From the NCBI GenBank assembly GCA_002633005.1, contig NMRA01000455.1:210122-274121 (forward strand): DNA of 64,000 nucleotides, written 5' to 3'. A model generated the notes under the pieces. It was not told the origin of the DNA. It ran no database searches and worked only from the letters and a program-made list of their open reading frames with translations. Positions 1 through 10,898 of the stretch are shown here, piece after piece. The stretch comes from Phoronis australis. Taxonomy: Eukaryota > Animalia > Phoronida. Each line of letters starts with the position of its first letter. Position 1 is the stretch's first letter. Position numbers and translations under genes: made by a program.

Positions 1-590
1 CTTTACGTAGCGTACGTGGCCTACCTTACCCATTCTTACGTGATACAAAGTGCTGTAGTGGTAAAATTAGAAATAAGTATAGGCGCCCAAAGCCCACTGT
101 ATCACTGAGCATTGAACGTAACTTACGGTGCGTAGGCGCTACGTTCAAATGCCAAAAGGTGGTTGGCTGCGCCTACGTGCGCCTACGCCCCACTACAGAT
201 TGGTGATACAAACTGTGTGCCAACCGGCCGCCTGTATCTCACGTACCCTGTAGCGCTTCATGGGTATGCAACAATTAATACTGAATAGAAGAGCGGCAAA
301 AAGATTGACCACACCAGAGCCGAGCCAGTCCGAAGTTGACTACCCATTTTTAAATGGTCTTAAAACCTGTGCCTTGAACTAGACGGACCCGGACTCATGT
401 GTAGTTCATGAGACCTTTCAACTGAAAACCACGTACCGCATTCTAGTTTTCCGCGGCCAGGGCTTGAATCTCTTTGTATCCGGTTATTTCATAAACCTAA
501 CCCTTAATTTGCTAGTCTGCCGAATTCAGTCTTGGCCCGATTAAATCCGGCATTTGTCTCAGAAGTCCGAAACACTAAGTTAANAGCTAA

Positions 591-660
591 GTCGTGGTGT
601 TGTAGTGGTAAAGCACGCGCGCTCTATCCGTCAGGTCGTGAGTTCGAGTCTCTGGTACTT
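591..660 (+). mobile_element. tRNA-derived SINE-like head
   Basis: A-box-like TGTAGTGG and B-box-like GAGTTCGAGTC; no intact cloverleaf. Confidence 0.45.
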
Positions 661-1104
661 GCAGGTGTTCCTGTATGACACGTTCTCCGTGTTTTTTTTT
701 TCACCTGTTTTTCTTGGATAATACTTCAGGAACCAAGGAAAATGCTTGATTTTTGAGGAAAAAACAGAAAATTTTCCTGGGCGGGAGGGGGGCCCCCATC
801 CCGACCTCCCCAATTCGGTGTTATGCGCATCTACAATCGTGGTTTGCGCAAATCCTTACAGCCGGACAAAATGTCAGGCCCCCCTTGTGATATCCTAGGT
901 CCGCCACTGAAACCTATGAGATTATTATTCAGAATTGGCATTCATGGGTCCAGACCCCTATACATAGAGGCGCTGTTCCCCGGCCCGCCCGGGGGCACTG
1001 CTGTGATCTGATCCCGGCCCTCCGCGGTGACTTGAGAAGTCGCACAGTATTATTGCTTGTCAAAACATTCCATAAAATATTGAATAACAGATACAAAGAC
1101 TTTC

Positions 1105-1411
1105 CAGGGGCGGATTTGGGGGGTGGGCAAGGGGCCCGGGCCATGGCCCCCCTAAAATTCTCTCAGATACCATTTGGGAGTTCGGGGTGCGAATTGCTTA
1201 GTAGCATATGCGCTGCGCGCATCCAGGGGTTCGGGCCGAAGAAAGCACAATTTGAACAAACTCCGTTTACTATAGTTTTTTAGTCAATTATTCCACAAAC
1301 CCAAAAATTCTATAGTGCATCCCTACATTTTACGCTGTATGTGGTGAAATTATGGTTATTCCTGTGCCCCGACCCCCCTTCCCCCTACTCAAAATCTTGG
1401 ATCCGCCCCTG
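1105..1411. mobile_element. Non-autonomous DNA transposon, CAGGGGCGGAT TIRs, 5-bp TSD
   Basis: TSD CTTTC on both sides; internal similarity to copies at 3204 and 49807. Confidence 0.85.
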
Positions 1412-1594
1412 CTTTCCAAGGGCTTTACCTACTCCTTGATTAATATCCTGAAAGCCGTTTTCAACAAAAGAGCATCTGTTAATGTTGCATAACGAAGCAG
1501 CTCATTGGCTGGAAAGGTTTTGCATTGTCATTCTCCGGTCATTCTGCCATTGCCTACCATCGTGGTCTTCATATACAACGACTTGAGAGCTACC

Positions 1595-1642
1595 ATGTCG
1601 GACGTGAAGACTTTTGTTGACGCCAAAATTGGGAAATATAAG
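1595..1642 (+). CDS. GLRX: Glutaredoxin exon 1 (MSDVKTFVDAKIGKYK)
   Basis: Kozak-like accATG, 16 codons, donor AAG|GTATGA; resembles the Grx N-terminal helix. Confidence 0.8.
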
Positions 1643-4600
1643 GTATGAGTCTATTTGGTTGTCTCTATTTTTAAATGGGATGAAAATCACCTGTGAACCA
1701 CAGGCGTCTTCAGCTTCTGATCGTCCCCAATACACTCACAGGCACCTTTAAGTAGCCCTCTACAATATAACATAATATTATGTTATATTGTAGAGGGCTA
1801 CTTAAAGGTGCCTGTGAATACACTACATAGTGTATTGGGGACGATCAGAAGCTGAGGACACCTGTGCTGTGAACAATGTAGGCCTACTTTTCTTAGCTGC
1901 AAAGCAAGTACGATAATCCGCTTCCTACGGTGGCATTAAACTAGTGTCAATGGCCGGTGGCATAGTAGTCGGAGGTAGCGGTCCCACTTTAAACCACCCT
2001 AACTTCTTCAATTTTTAATCTAGAATCATGTTTTTAGTATCCACGTGTTCACGGCGTATAGGAGTTCATTTGTGGCGTTAATTCTCCCATACCTTAATCC
2101 CATGTTTAATTAATTGACTTTGAAGTTCAAGTTCTTTTTCCGACTTGGTTGCCAGTCGGTTACACGCACAGTGACGCACGCCTACCGGCGATTGTATGTA
2201 TTCATTGTCAGGGTAAGAAAACCCCCGTTTCATCATTTGCAGTGTTGCTACCTCTACCCAACTCGTGAACAACCCCATACGGATTGGCGGCCCCGGAGTC
2301 ATCGTGCAAATTGATGAGTCGTTGATGGCCAGATGAAAGAACAACGTAGACCATGTGGTTCAACAACGATGGGTGTTTGGAGGATACTGCCCCGCACAGA
2401 ACGTTGGATTTCTGCAGTTTGTGCCGAACAGGAACGCCAATACACTTGTTCCCATAATACAACAGTTCATCTTACCCGGGTCCATCATCCACAGCGACAT
2501 TTGGGCTGCTTACAACGGTATTGCCAACCTCCCCGTTGTGCCGCCATACACCCACCAGACGGTCAACCATACCATGAACTTCGTTGATCCACAAACTGGT
2601 GCACCCACCAACCATGTCGAGTGTTACTGGAAGAACGCGAAGATGAGGTTTAAGAGCATGTGTGGTGTCCTCCCTGACATGTTGGGTGTGCATCTAGACG
2701 AGTTCATGTGGCGAGAACGTTACACCGGCATCAGCGGTCGACAGGCGTTTTTCACGATAGTCGACCACATAGCACTGTGGTACCCCACTCCTTGAGTACC
2801 AAAAACCCAACGGCCCTATTAAGGGCCACTCATTACTTCCCGATTGGCTGTTTCACTTGAAGTTTTCTACAACGGTAGGCCTACAAGGCACGCCTTAACG
2901 TGACTTATACAAAACCAAATTTTCTGCATAATTACTATTTTATAATAAGCTGCATACCATTACTAGGCCTACAGTGTAATTGGTACAATGGTATCACAAG
3001 AATCTATTATATAAAATGCATCGTTTGCACAAACTCCGTCTTCCCCGCTCCACTACAGACCTTCGTTAAGCACGTTTCGGCACCGGGAGCTGTTGACTGC
3101 TGTTCATTCGAATGAACTATCACAGATAATCGATTCATAATCTATGACTATGGTCTTGTACAGTAATAGCCTACATGACAGGCGCTTGGTCTTTTGTTAG
3201 TAGCAGGGGCGGATCCAGGATTTTGAGTTAGGGGGGGGCCATGGCAGAGTATTAGCCAGGATTTTGCCCATCAGACATTCGCACCCCCCCTCTGACAAAT
3301 GTAAACTGGGAGAATTTTAGGGGGGGCATAATGGCCCCTTGGCCCCCCTCTAAATCCGCCGCTGAGTAGGCCTACTGTTCACTCAAATCAGTCAATGTGC
3401 TGTTCCGACCAGTCCGCTTTGTCTTGCTGTGCGTGAACTTGGAATCCTGCTCATACTCAACTCAAGATCGTGTATGCATGAACTTTTTTGTTAGGATAAA
3501 TGTAAAGAATTTTTTGGGTAGGCCTAATTGGCTTCAATGATCACCCATTTTCTCCTTTACCATGGTTTGTGTCAAAGAATTGGCGGAATACGGGAATGGT
3601 TAAATCAATTATTGTCTGGTGAATAAAGATTGATTGAAATTTACCTTATTTTATTAACATTTAATTTAATTTGGTGCAATGCAAATTTTTATCAACATGA
3701 ATGCGATTGTTTGAGTGAAGTTGTGAAGTTTCTCTTCATCGTATTCTAAGTTTCCGCATACGCTATCTTGAGATTAAGCAAGATTCCAAGTTCACACACA
3801 ACAGCCTGTACATAGATACAATTAACATGATCTATTAATAAATAAATTTGAATCAAAACCAAAACCTTATGAAGTCAATTTTATAGCGATCGAGAGCATT
3901 TTGCGCAATCTTTTTTGTTATTCAAAAAATTAAGATGTTGTTTTATTAGTTCATTGTATTATATTACTGTTTCTCTTGTTGAGGGCCCTCTTGGATAGCA
4001 GTGCTATCACTGAAGAGGCCAACCTCATTTTAAATATCACAATAATAAATAAATAAATAAATAAATTTAAGTCCCAAGATTTTCAATGTATAAGTGCAAA
4101 CAATTTTTAGTGGCTGGAGTGTCAGTTCTGGATCACTCTGACCAGCACACCATGCAAACACCAAATGTTTAACTGTTGATATTGCAGGGATCATGTTAGA
4201 AAAAAACATGGGTATTGGTGAATTGATGCACAGAGCCTCAAGTCTATGGGCCAATTTGGAAGACGTGTGGGCCATGTTAGTTTTTTGTCCTTTTCACTTC
4301 CAGTTTTAGTGGGCCCATTGGCGTGGGCCCGATCTAATCAATGAGTACGTCATGATTTGGAACTAATTTTGCACCAATGACGCGGGACGTGCCTCTAAAA
4401 CTATATTGATATAGAACTAGAAATTCCTTGAAAAACATTTCAGAACTATAACAACACAAGTATTTACTACAGTTTGATGCATGTGCTAAACAAATGACAT
4501 GCGAGTATTCACAACATTTTTTATTTGGAATTTGCGACCTCTCGCTGATGTGCATGCTACTTATACTTAGTACCAAGGTCAAGGCCACTACAAGTCAAAC

Positions 4601-4676
4601 CTCACTGTGACTTTTATCTGTGTTGATACTATTTCAAATCTTTAGATAATTAACAAAATGCTTTTAGATGTCGCAA

Positions 4677-4725
<49 letters not shown>

Positions 4726-6377
4726 TTATATAAGCACTTCCCCTAATCTTGGTGCAGCAATGTCATGTCCACGATGTTGGCATTTTCAAGTTGGGTGAGA
4801 AATCACTGAACATCACACCACTCACCAGTGGTATTTGGTAGTGTTATGAACTTAGATGAGAAACCTGTGAAACTCACTGCTTTGAATTTGTCTCCATGTG
4901 ACATCTTATGAAGGTGCAGCAGAATGTTTGTGCGCAAAATGCTCTCGCCGCCCATCAAAGTAACACAGTTTATTTTACAAGTCACGTCTGCATCAGAAAG
5001 ACGTTTCCCAATTTTCTACTTTTCTACTTAGGTGGTTGTCTTCTCCAAGACTCATTGTCCATTCTGTACGATGGCCAAGTCAGCTCTCGATGATTGCAAT
5101 GCAAAGTATGAAGTTGTGGAGATTGAGAATTTGCCGGAATGTGGTGCAATTCAAGATTACCTTCTCGAGCTAACAGGAGGGCGCACTGTAAGTACGGTAG
5201 AGAAAAAAGATAATGTGTCCTGTAACAACAAGCAATGATATGTCTTGACTTGTAATGATGCTGTTATTCTAGATCCGGTTCTGACGGTGAGTCATGCTTG
5301 CACTTGGCCATCATGCAGGCAGAGTTCTCCCTCGACAAAAATTCAAACAAGGTGTAAATTGTATGTCATGTTCTCATGTAGTGATCTTTCTTTTAGAAAA
5401 CAGCTACAGTTGATCATTATTTTCACTTGCTGAACGTGTCACTATCATTTTTACTGCCCAATAATAAAATTTTCCACGACCATGGAACACAATTTCAATC
5501 ACCTGGTTTTAAAAGCGGAAAAATTGGCTCTTGAAAAATGGCTCAGTATTTCAAACAGATCAATATTTTTAAGCATGGTCAGCCCCCAGCACAGGTGACA
5601 AGGACTGCTTGAAAATACCAGTGACTGCATATTTGCACTTGTATTTTCGGATTTAATTTCGTAAAAAGTGGTGACCAAAGAAACATGTTGAAGGTCCGCT
5701 CAGTGTCTGTACGAGTCGTACAAGCGAGGACAATTTTCTACTCATGTTTTACTTTTTCCACTCGTATTTTGGTGCGTTTACTCGGATACATCGAGCGCTG
5801 ATGGTGAGGACCGAGTGGATAAAGCATGTGTGTCGGGTTATTTTTGAACCGAATGGAATCCCCTTCTTGTCAAGACACCTTTCAATTCCAGTACTTTTTA
5901 AACGGTTGAAATAAGGAATAATTCCAAAGCCATACACCTTGGCGATTTCCTACGTCACCTGTGAAAATGTACATGACATTCCAAAACTAGGTCAATCGAA
6001 ACGACGCGGTTTCTTATCTCCAGGACAAAGGAGAGTTCGATCGCTGCCTAATCCACAACAGCCCGTCTCTTGCGCTCAGATGTCATGAATAGGAATTCCT
6101 GTTCATCTTGTCTGGTTATTTTTGGTGGGTACTGCAGCAAATTTTGAACTTATCATTTTGCAACCAAGTTTGCCACAGCATAAGAGCGCTCAAGTTGGAT
6201 GGATTGGATATTAAGAAGTATTAGATATAATGTGATGACCTTGACCTTGCCTTTAAAAGCTGCATGTTGTTTTTCATTCAGGTTCCCAGGGTGTTCATTG
6301 ATGGGAAATGTATCGGAGGTGGCAGCGAGACGAAGCAGCTCAAGGATTCTGGGAAACTTCAACAGATGGTGGCATAA
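1595..6377 (+). CDS. GLRX: Glutaredoxin (dithiol, CPFC), 3 coding exons: 1595-1642, 5032-5187, 6282-6377; 99 aa
   Basis: Joined translation MSDVKTFVDAKIGKYK|VVVFSKTHCPFCTMAKSALDDCNAKYEVVEIENLPECGAIQDYLLELTGGRT|VPRVFIDGKCIGGGSETKQLKDSGKLQQMVA*. Contains the CPFC active site, TVP and GG motifs. Both introns are GT-AG and phase 0; start context is gctaccATG. Confidence 0.93.
1699..1866. mobile_element. Hairpin MITE (CACAGG...CCTGTG) with nested second MITE
   Basis: 8-bp TSD CTGTGAAC at 1691-1698 and 1867-1874; 38-bp inverted arms. Confidence 0.9.
1737..1816. mobile_element. 80-bp perfect palindromic MITE
   Basis: Perfect palindrome centred at 1776/1777; 8-bp TSD AATACACT at 1729-1736 and 1817-1824. 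Confidence 0.92.
2260..2795 (+). pseudogene. Merlin (IS1016/ISXO2-like) DDE transposase remnant in Grx intron 1
   Basis: IGGPGVIVQIDES...WVFGG...LPGSIIHSDIWAAY...HQTVNH..NFVDP.TG..TNHVECYW...LDEFMWRE; in-frame TGA at 2334-2336; N-terminus not seen. Confidence 0.88.
3204..3364. mobile_element. Same MITE family, 5-bp TSD
   Basis: CAGGGGCGGATCC...AATCCGCCGCTG, TSD AGTAG. Confidence 0.87.
4678..4724. repeat. (CA)n(TA)n microsatellite
   Basis: Seen directly. Confidence 0.95.
5032..5187 (+). CDS. GLRX: Glutaredoxin exon 2 (CPFC active site)
   Basis: Acceptor tttctacttag, donor ACT|GTAAGT, VVFSKTHCPFC. Confidence 0.95.
6282..6377 (+). CDS. GLRX: Glutaredoxin exon 3
   Basis: Acceptor ttttcattcag, VPRVFIDGKCIGGG...TAA. 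Confidence 0.95.
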   Translation, partial: VPRVFIDGKCIGGGSETKQLKDSGKLQQMVA

Positions 6378-7385
6378 TGTTATCTCTGTTTTTTGTACCT
6401 GCAGACCAAATTTAATTGATGTGATCATGTGTTTGCGCACAAAGTAATGCTGTCTTTACATCATTTTTTTGTTAATTTTCATCTGTTTAGTCTTTCCTAT
6501 CTTGCCGTTTTTTGGAGCCAATGGAAGTGAATTTTGTTGTTTGTTACCAGTATTAGTTGTTTGCAATCGTACTCAAATTGCCATTGGTAAATATGGTAAA
6601 ATCTCGCCAATTTCGGACAAAAATAATTGCCAAAATTGGTCTTTTCTCATTTTTCAAACGCTTCTAATATTGTTTTGAATGCCCACAGTTGCTGGAAGCA
6701 TTGTCTGAAGGTAGCTACGACATAGACCTTTAAATTGGTGTAACATCTATTTGGTGCTGCTTATCTTTTGTTAAAAAAATGAAAACAGAAAATTTCACTT
6801 GTCCGTCATATTGTGTCCTAAGTTTGTGAGATTTTACGGTATCAATAATCCTATTGAATGATCATGGACTGATTGTCCACATTACACAGTTTGTTGTAGT
6901 TTATCTCATGAATGTATTGTGACGCACAATTTGAAACTTATCAGTCGGACTTTTGTCAATTTCATTATACCTTTGTAAGCCTTATTTCAGGACAAACTTT
7001 GTTATCTTGGGAAACATTTATTGTATACAGATTATGTTTATAAATAATGTTATTTAATGCGAGTGATATTGTTGATTAATGCTCTGGAACAAAGTTGTGA
7101 TATTGTCTGCTAAGCAAAATAATGTGTATTGATGCAGATAATGGACCAAACCGTACATGTATGTATGTCTGTGTTGCAACCTGACAATCCTTAGTGGGAA
7201 ACATACTGTATTGCTCACTCTGAACCGATATCTACTAGATCTCTTCTACTATTGCATACCAAAATTTTTCTGTTACCGGTATTTAGTCTTCACTGATTTT
7301 GCCTCTGTACTGTGACTTTGTATGTTTTTCTCAGCAGGAAATATATGGATAACATGAATTCATGTGTTTTTTCTGCCAGCACTTC

Positions 7386-7406
7386 CACACACACACACAC
7401 ACACAC
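7386..7406. repeat. (CA)n microsatellite
   Basis: Seen directly. Confidence 0.9.
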
Positions 7407-8839
7407 GATATTGCGATTTGAAGGGTGGTCCAGAAATCCAAGACGAGGCCTGCTGATGATGAAACATATGCTCAAAGTAACTTGACTGTGACTTCCTGTC
7501 TGTTTGAGTCTGCTCAACTGCTTGTTACATTATCCAATCTTTAGTGCATTTTTCTGACACACTCAGTCCCAATGTCGGTTTTTAGGTCCAAACCTGACAC
7601 GAAAGTGCATTTGGTCTCGGCTTAGCTACAAAGACTGTCATCGCATATCTTGTGTCATGACCCAAGTGGGAATGACCAAGGGCAGACTTCGGGGACTCTT
7701 ACAGTTGTAAAAGAGTTCTAGGGCCGAGGGGGGGGGGGGGGNGTCTTAAACCCACTAATTAAGTGCTTTGAAAGTCATTGGAAATTGGGGATGTGGTACA
7801 GAGAAAGGGGGATATTTCTGTGACAAAATAGACGCATCTCCGGGGTTCAGGGGGTCCGGACCCCCCTTTTTTTGGTTGATTTTAGTGATATCAAATCTAG
7901 AATTGTTAACTCGGACCCCCTTTTTAAAACAATCCTTCATCCGACCCCACTATTAAAAAGGCTTGGATCCGCCCCTGGGCTAGCAATTACTGAGGAAGAT
8001 TACCGAAGTAGGCCGGTTCTCCCATAAGTACTGGTTAGGCTTTTCGGGAGATAAAGTTGAACTTATCACCGAGAGTTGGACACTGACCATGTGCGGTGAT
8101 TCACCTGGAAACTAATCTTGCTATGGGTCAAATTTGTTTACCGTGCCACGTTGCTGAAGCTAAATATATCGTCTAAAGATATTTTAACACTGTGTGTTTA
8201 ACATGTGCATACACTGTGGCAAAGAAAAGCAAATACGCTGGACTAGTTTCATATTTCTTTCACGGTGTTGTGACCGGTGTTGCCTAGCTGTTTTATTGCC
8301 AAAATCAATAAAAACCTGCCAAGAGTAAAAACGACAAAAAGGCGACTAAAGAGAAACGTTTGGAATTCTAAGACGTACAAATTTGTCAGTTCCCAAAGAT
8401 AGGAAAAAACACAGTGTAAAAAATGGCGAAAAGTCGTGTCAAATGTGAAAGGCAGTGTCTTCAGATGAATTCGTTTGTGCATAGATGCAGCTAGAAGTCG
8501 TTTACTCTGGAAGTATTTGCGCTGTCGGTCGGCAAACCAACTGGCATAGGAAAAGACGACACTCGAAATCTCATTGGCCGGCCGGGGCTCCACTTTTTCA
8601 GTGCTGCGCCGGCCATGGTCTATGGGGCGGTGCACCACAGAGGAGGCTGGAGACTATAGCCCACTTTTTTCAGTGCTGCACCGCCCATGGTCTAGAACAA
8701 TTGATTTTATGACTAGGTATGAAACCCGAATAAATGAAGAGGCGCAAGGGATCTCCAGCCAACGCACTCACCATTTCGTACGCGCGTTTTACCCTATTTA
8801 TCTGCTATTCGAAACATGTCATGAACTGCGCCTCTGCCA

Positions 8840-8905
8840 GTGTGTGTGTGTGTGTGTGTGTGTGTGTCGGTNTGTGTGTGCGTCCGTGTGTGTGTGTGTG
8901 TGTGT
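8840..8905. repeat. Interrupted (GT)n microsatellite with an N
   Basis: Seen directly. Confidence 0.9.
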
Positions 8906-9314
8906 ACGATGCTTTGTTGATGTTTCGGGCGAAATCATGGACGATCTGAAAACGCGGGCCGGGATCATATCCATTACCTCAAGAATAAATGCAATCCGGA
9001 TCCGAGAGTCTGAAGGGAGTCGGCGTGGGAGCGTCATTGCGCGACTACCGCCGGTATATTAGATTCTGATGGACGGTGTGCCGCTGAGACATGAAATGCC
9101 CGGGTCGGCTCCTAATTTTTCAGAGTAGCCGGGCTACATGTATATCGCGATACTCCTCATTTGTTCCAACCCACTGAAAAAGTTCTTGAACTACATTCAG
9201 TTTGGCGTACGTACTGACCGTAAGTAATCAAGCAACCAAAGGTATGGTGAATAAAAAATGAAAAAATTAACAAAGTTAACATACTATTATACACCAAGAA
9301 AGTTTGAGTTTTAT

Positions 9315-9561
9315 CATGCGCGCACCCAGGACTCCTCCGGGAGAGGGAGCGGGGGCTGGAAATAAAAGGTTCGCTTCGGAGAAACGAAAAGTCCGAAAAA
9401 ATAGAAAACGAGACAAAGCCCGGGCCAGAAAACGAATGCACGGCACAATTCATACTGTAGTTCTGAGCGTACCCCTTGTATTTTGCTTTATTAGTAAACT
9501 TTAGTTGGTACACATTCTCAAAAAATTGAGCCCCCGTGAATTTAGGCTGGGTGCGTGCATG
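9315..9561. mobile_element. MITE with CATGCGCGCACCCAG TIRs, 5-bp TSD
   Basis: Ends CTGGGTGCGTGCATG; TSD TTTAT; related ends near 58766, 59389 and 62375. Confidence 0.85.
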
Positions 9562-10379
9562 TTTATGTCAGTAAATCGACAAGAAAGTAGAAATCTATAT
9601 AATCAGATAAAAGAGAATATCTACAAACAGAATAACTGTTTACGAACAATGAAGGCAACAGAGTGACGAAAGTCGTAATACAGTAGGCCAATAATAGTCA
9701 ACAATTTACACGACCAGCGATTGCACTCCGTAGATGACAGAGGGCACCGGTACAGTAGGTAGCTCCGTTAAACCTCTAGAGATTTAATAAGCCTTTTCCA
9801 TTGTTTGACACCATGCTGAAGCAAACATAATTGAAACCATGAGAGAAAATGTTCGAGAAAGTTTGTTCACAAATCTCAGACATTAGTACACGAGTGATCC
9901 TACTAGATAAGCATTTTGGTCGAGAAAATAGCTGAGAGCAGCTCTCTTCTTTTATCCTCCAAATACATGTTTCAAAGCTCTTCACTGGAGTTTATCAACT
10001 TTCTTAAACTTTTGCACCCCACACAGGTGACATTACCAGAGGACAGTAAGTAAAGTTTGACTATAGCCATGGCATACTTTTATTTTGCTGTCACTTCCAA
10101 TAGGTGGCGTAGTCTATACAGAACATTGGCGTGTCTAGTAGAAGGGTTCTGACATACTGTATATAAAACATGACGGTTATGGAATTTTTGTTTATCATAA
10201 ATAGCTACTTCGTGAAATTTGACCGGATTATTACATTTTATTGTCATATTCGAATGAAGGTACAGGGAACGTGTTTTCCCCATGTCAGTTTGACCGAGTT
10301 ATTACATTTTTAAAAGTAAAAAATACCACAATTTTAACTGTCGTAGTTCAATGAAGGTATAGAGAATAGACTTTATTAT

Positions 10380-10560
10380 TCGCGCGCAAGCGTCGCGTGT
10401 GTATTGGATTTTTCCTGCACTAACAAAATCGCGCCCGTATCGTTACAAAATGCAAACTCGTTCTTCGCGGAGGAATCTAGTTTGTTCTTTTTCAACAGAG
10501 GACGCTCTCGTTCAACCATGACGTCACGATAAACTTTCAAGATGGTGGAAGTGGTGTTGT
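10380..10560 (+). promoter_or_regulatory. Putative CERT promoter/5' region
   Basis: CpG-rich patch with CRE TGACGTCA (10519-10526), YY1-like CAAGATGG (10538) and ETS-like GGAAGTG (10547), 110-140 nt upstream of the ATG. Confidence 0.45.
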
Positions 10561-10661
10561 GTCGCGAAAAGCTTCTCTAAAAGTTTGAGTGAAACTTTTG
10601 CTGTTCTGTACGCATATGCACTGTCGTCAGTTTTACCTGTTCCACTTACCCTGTTGCAACA

Positions 10662-10898
10662 ATGACAGATGAAAAAGAGACAATTAGCCTCACGGATGAC
10701 GAGGAAGACGACATGTCCGACTCCGAGCAGTGTCTTCCCGAACTTCAAGGAACGTTAAGCAAGTGGACAAATTATATACACGGTTGGCAAGACCGGTTTA
10801 TTGTGTTAAAGGAGTTAACATTAAGCTATTACAAATCAGAAAATGACACTTCGTTTGGATGCAGAGGTGCTATAAGCTTAAGCAAGGCTGTTATTACG
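10662..10898 (+). CDS. CERT1: CERT exon 1 (PH domain N-half)
   Basis: [22 protein letters not shown]...[13 protein letters not shown]|GTGAGT. Confidence 0.95.

Noticed and set aside
591-660. tRNA gene
   Set aside because: A/B-box-like motifs only; no acceptor or anticodon stems
1490-1594. N-terminal targeting extension of glutaredoxin
   Set aside because: The frame is open back to TAA at 1490 but has no upstream ATG
8249-9062. Long ORFs (129 and 162 aa)
   Set aside because: Run through a microsatellite and short repeats; no recognisable domain
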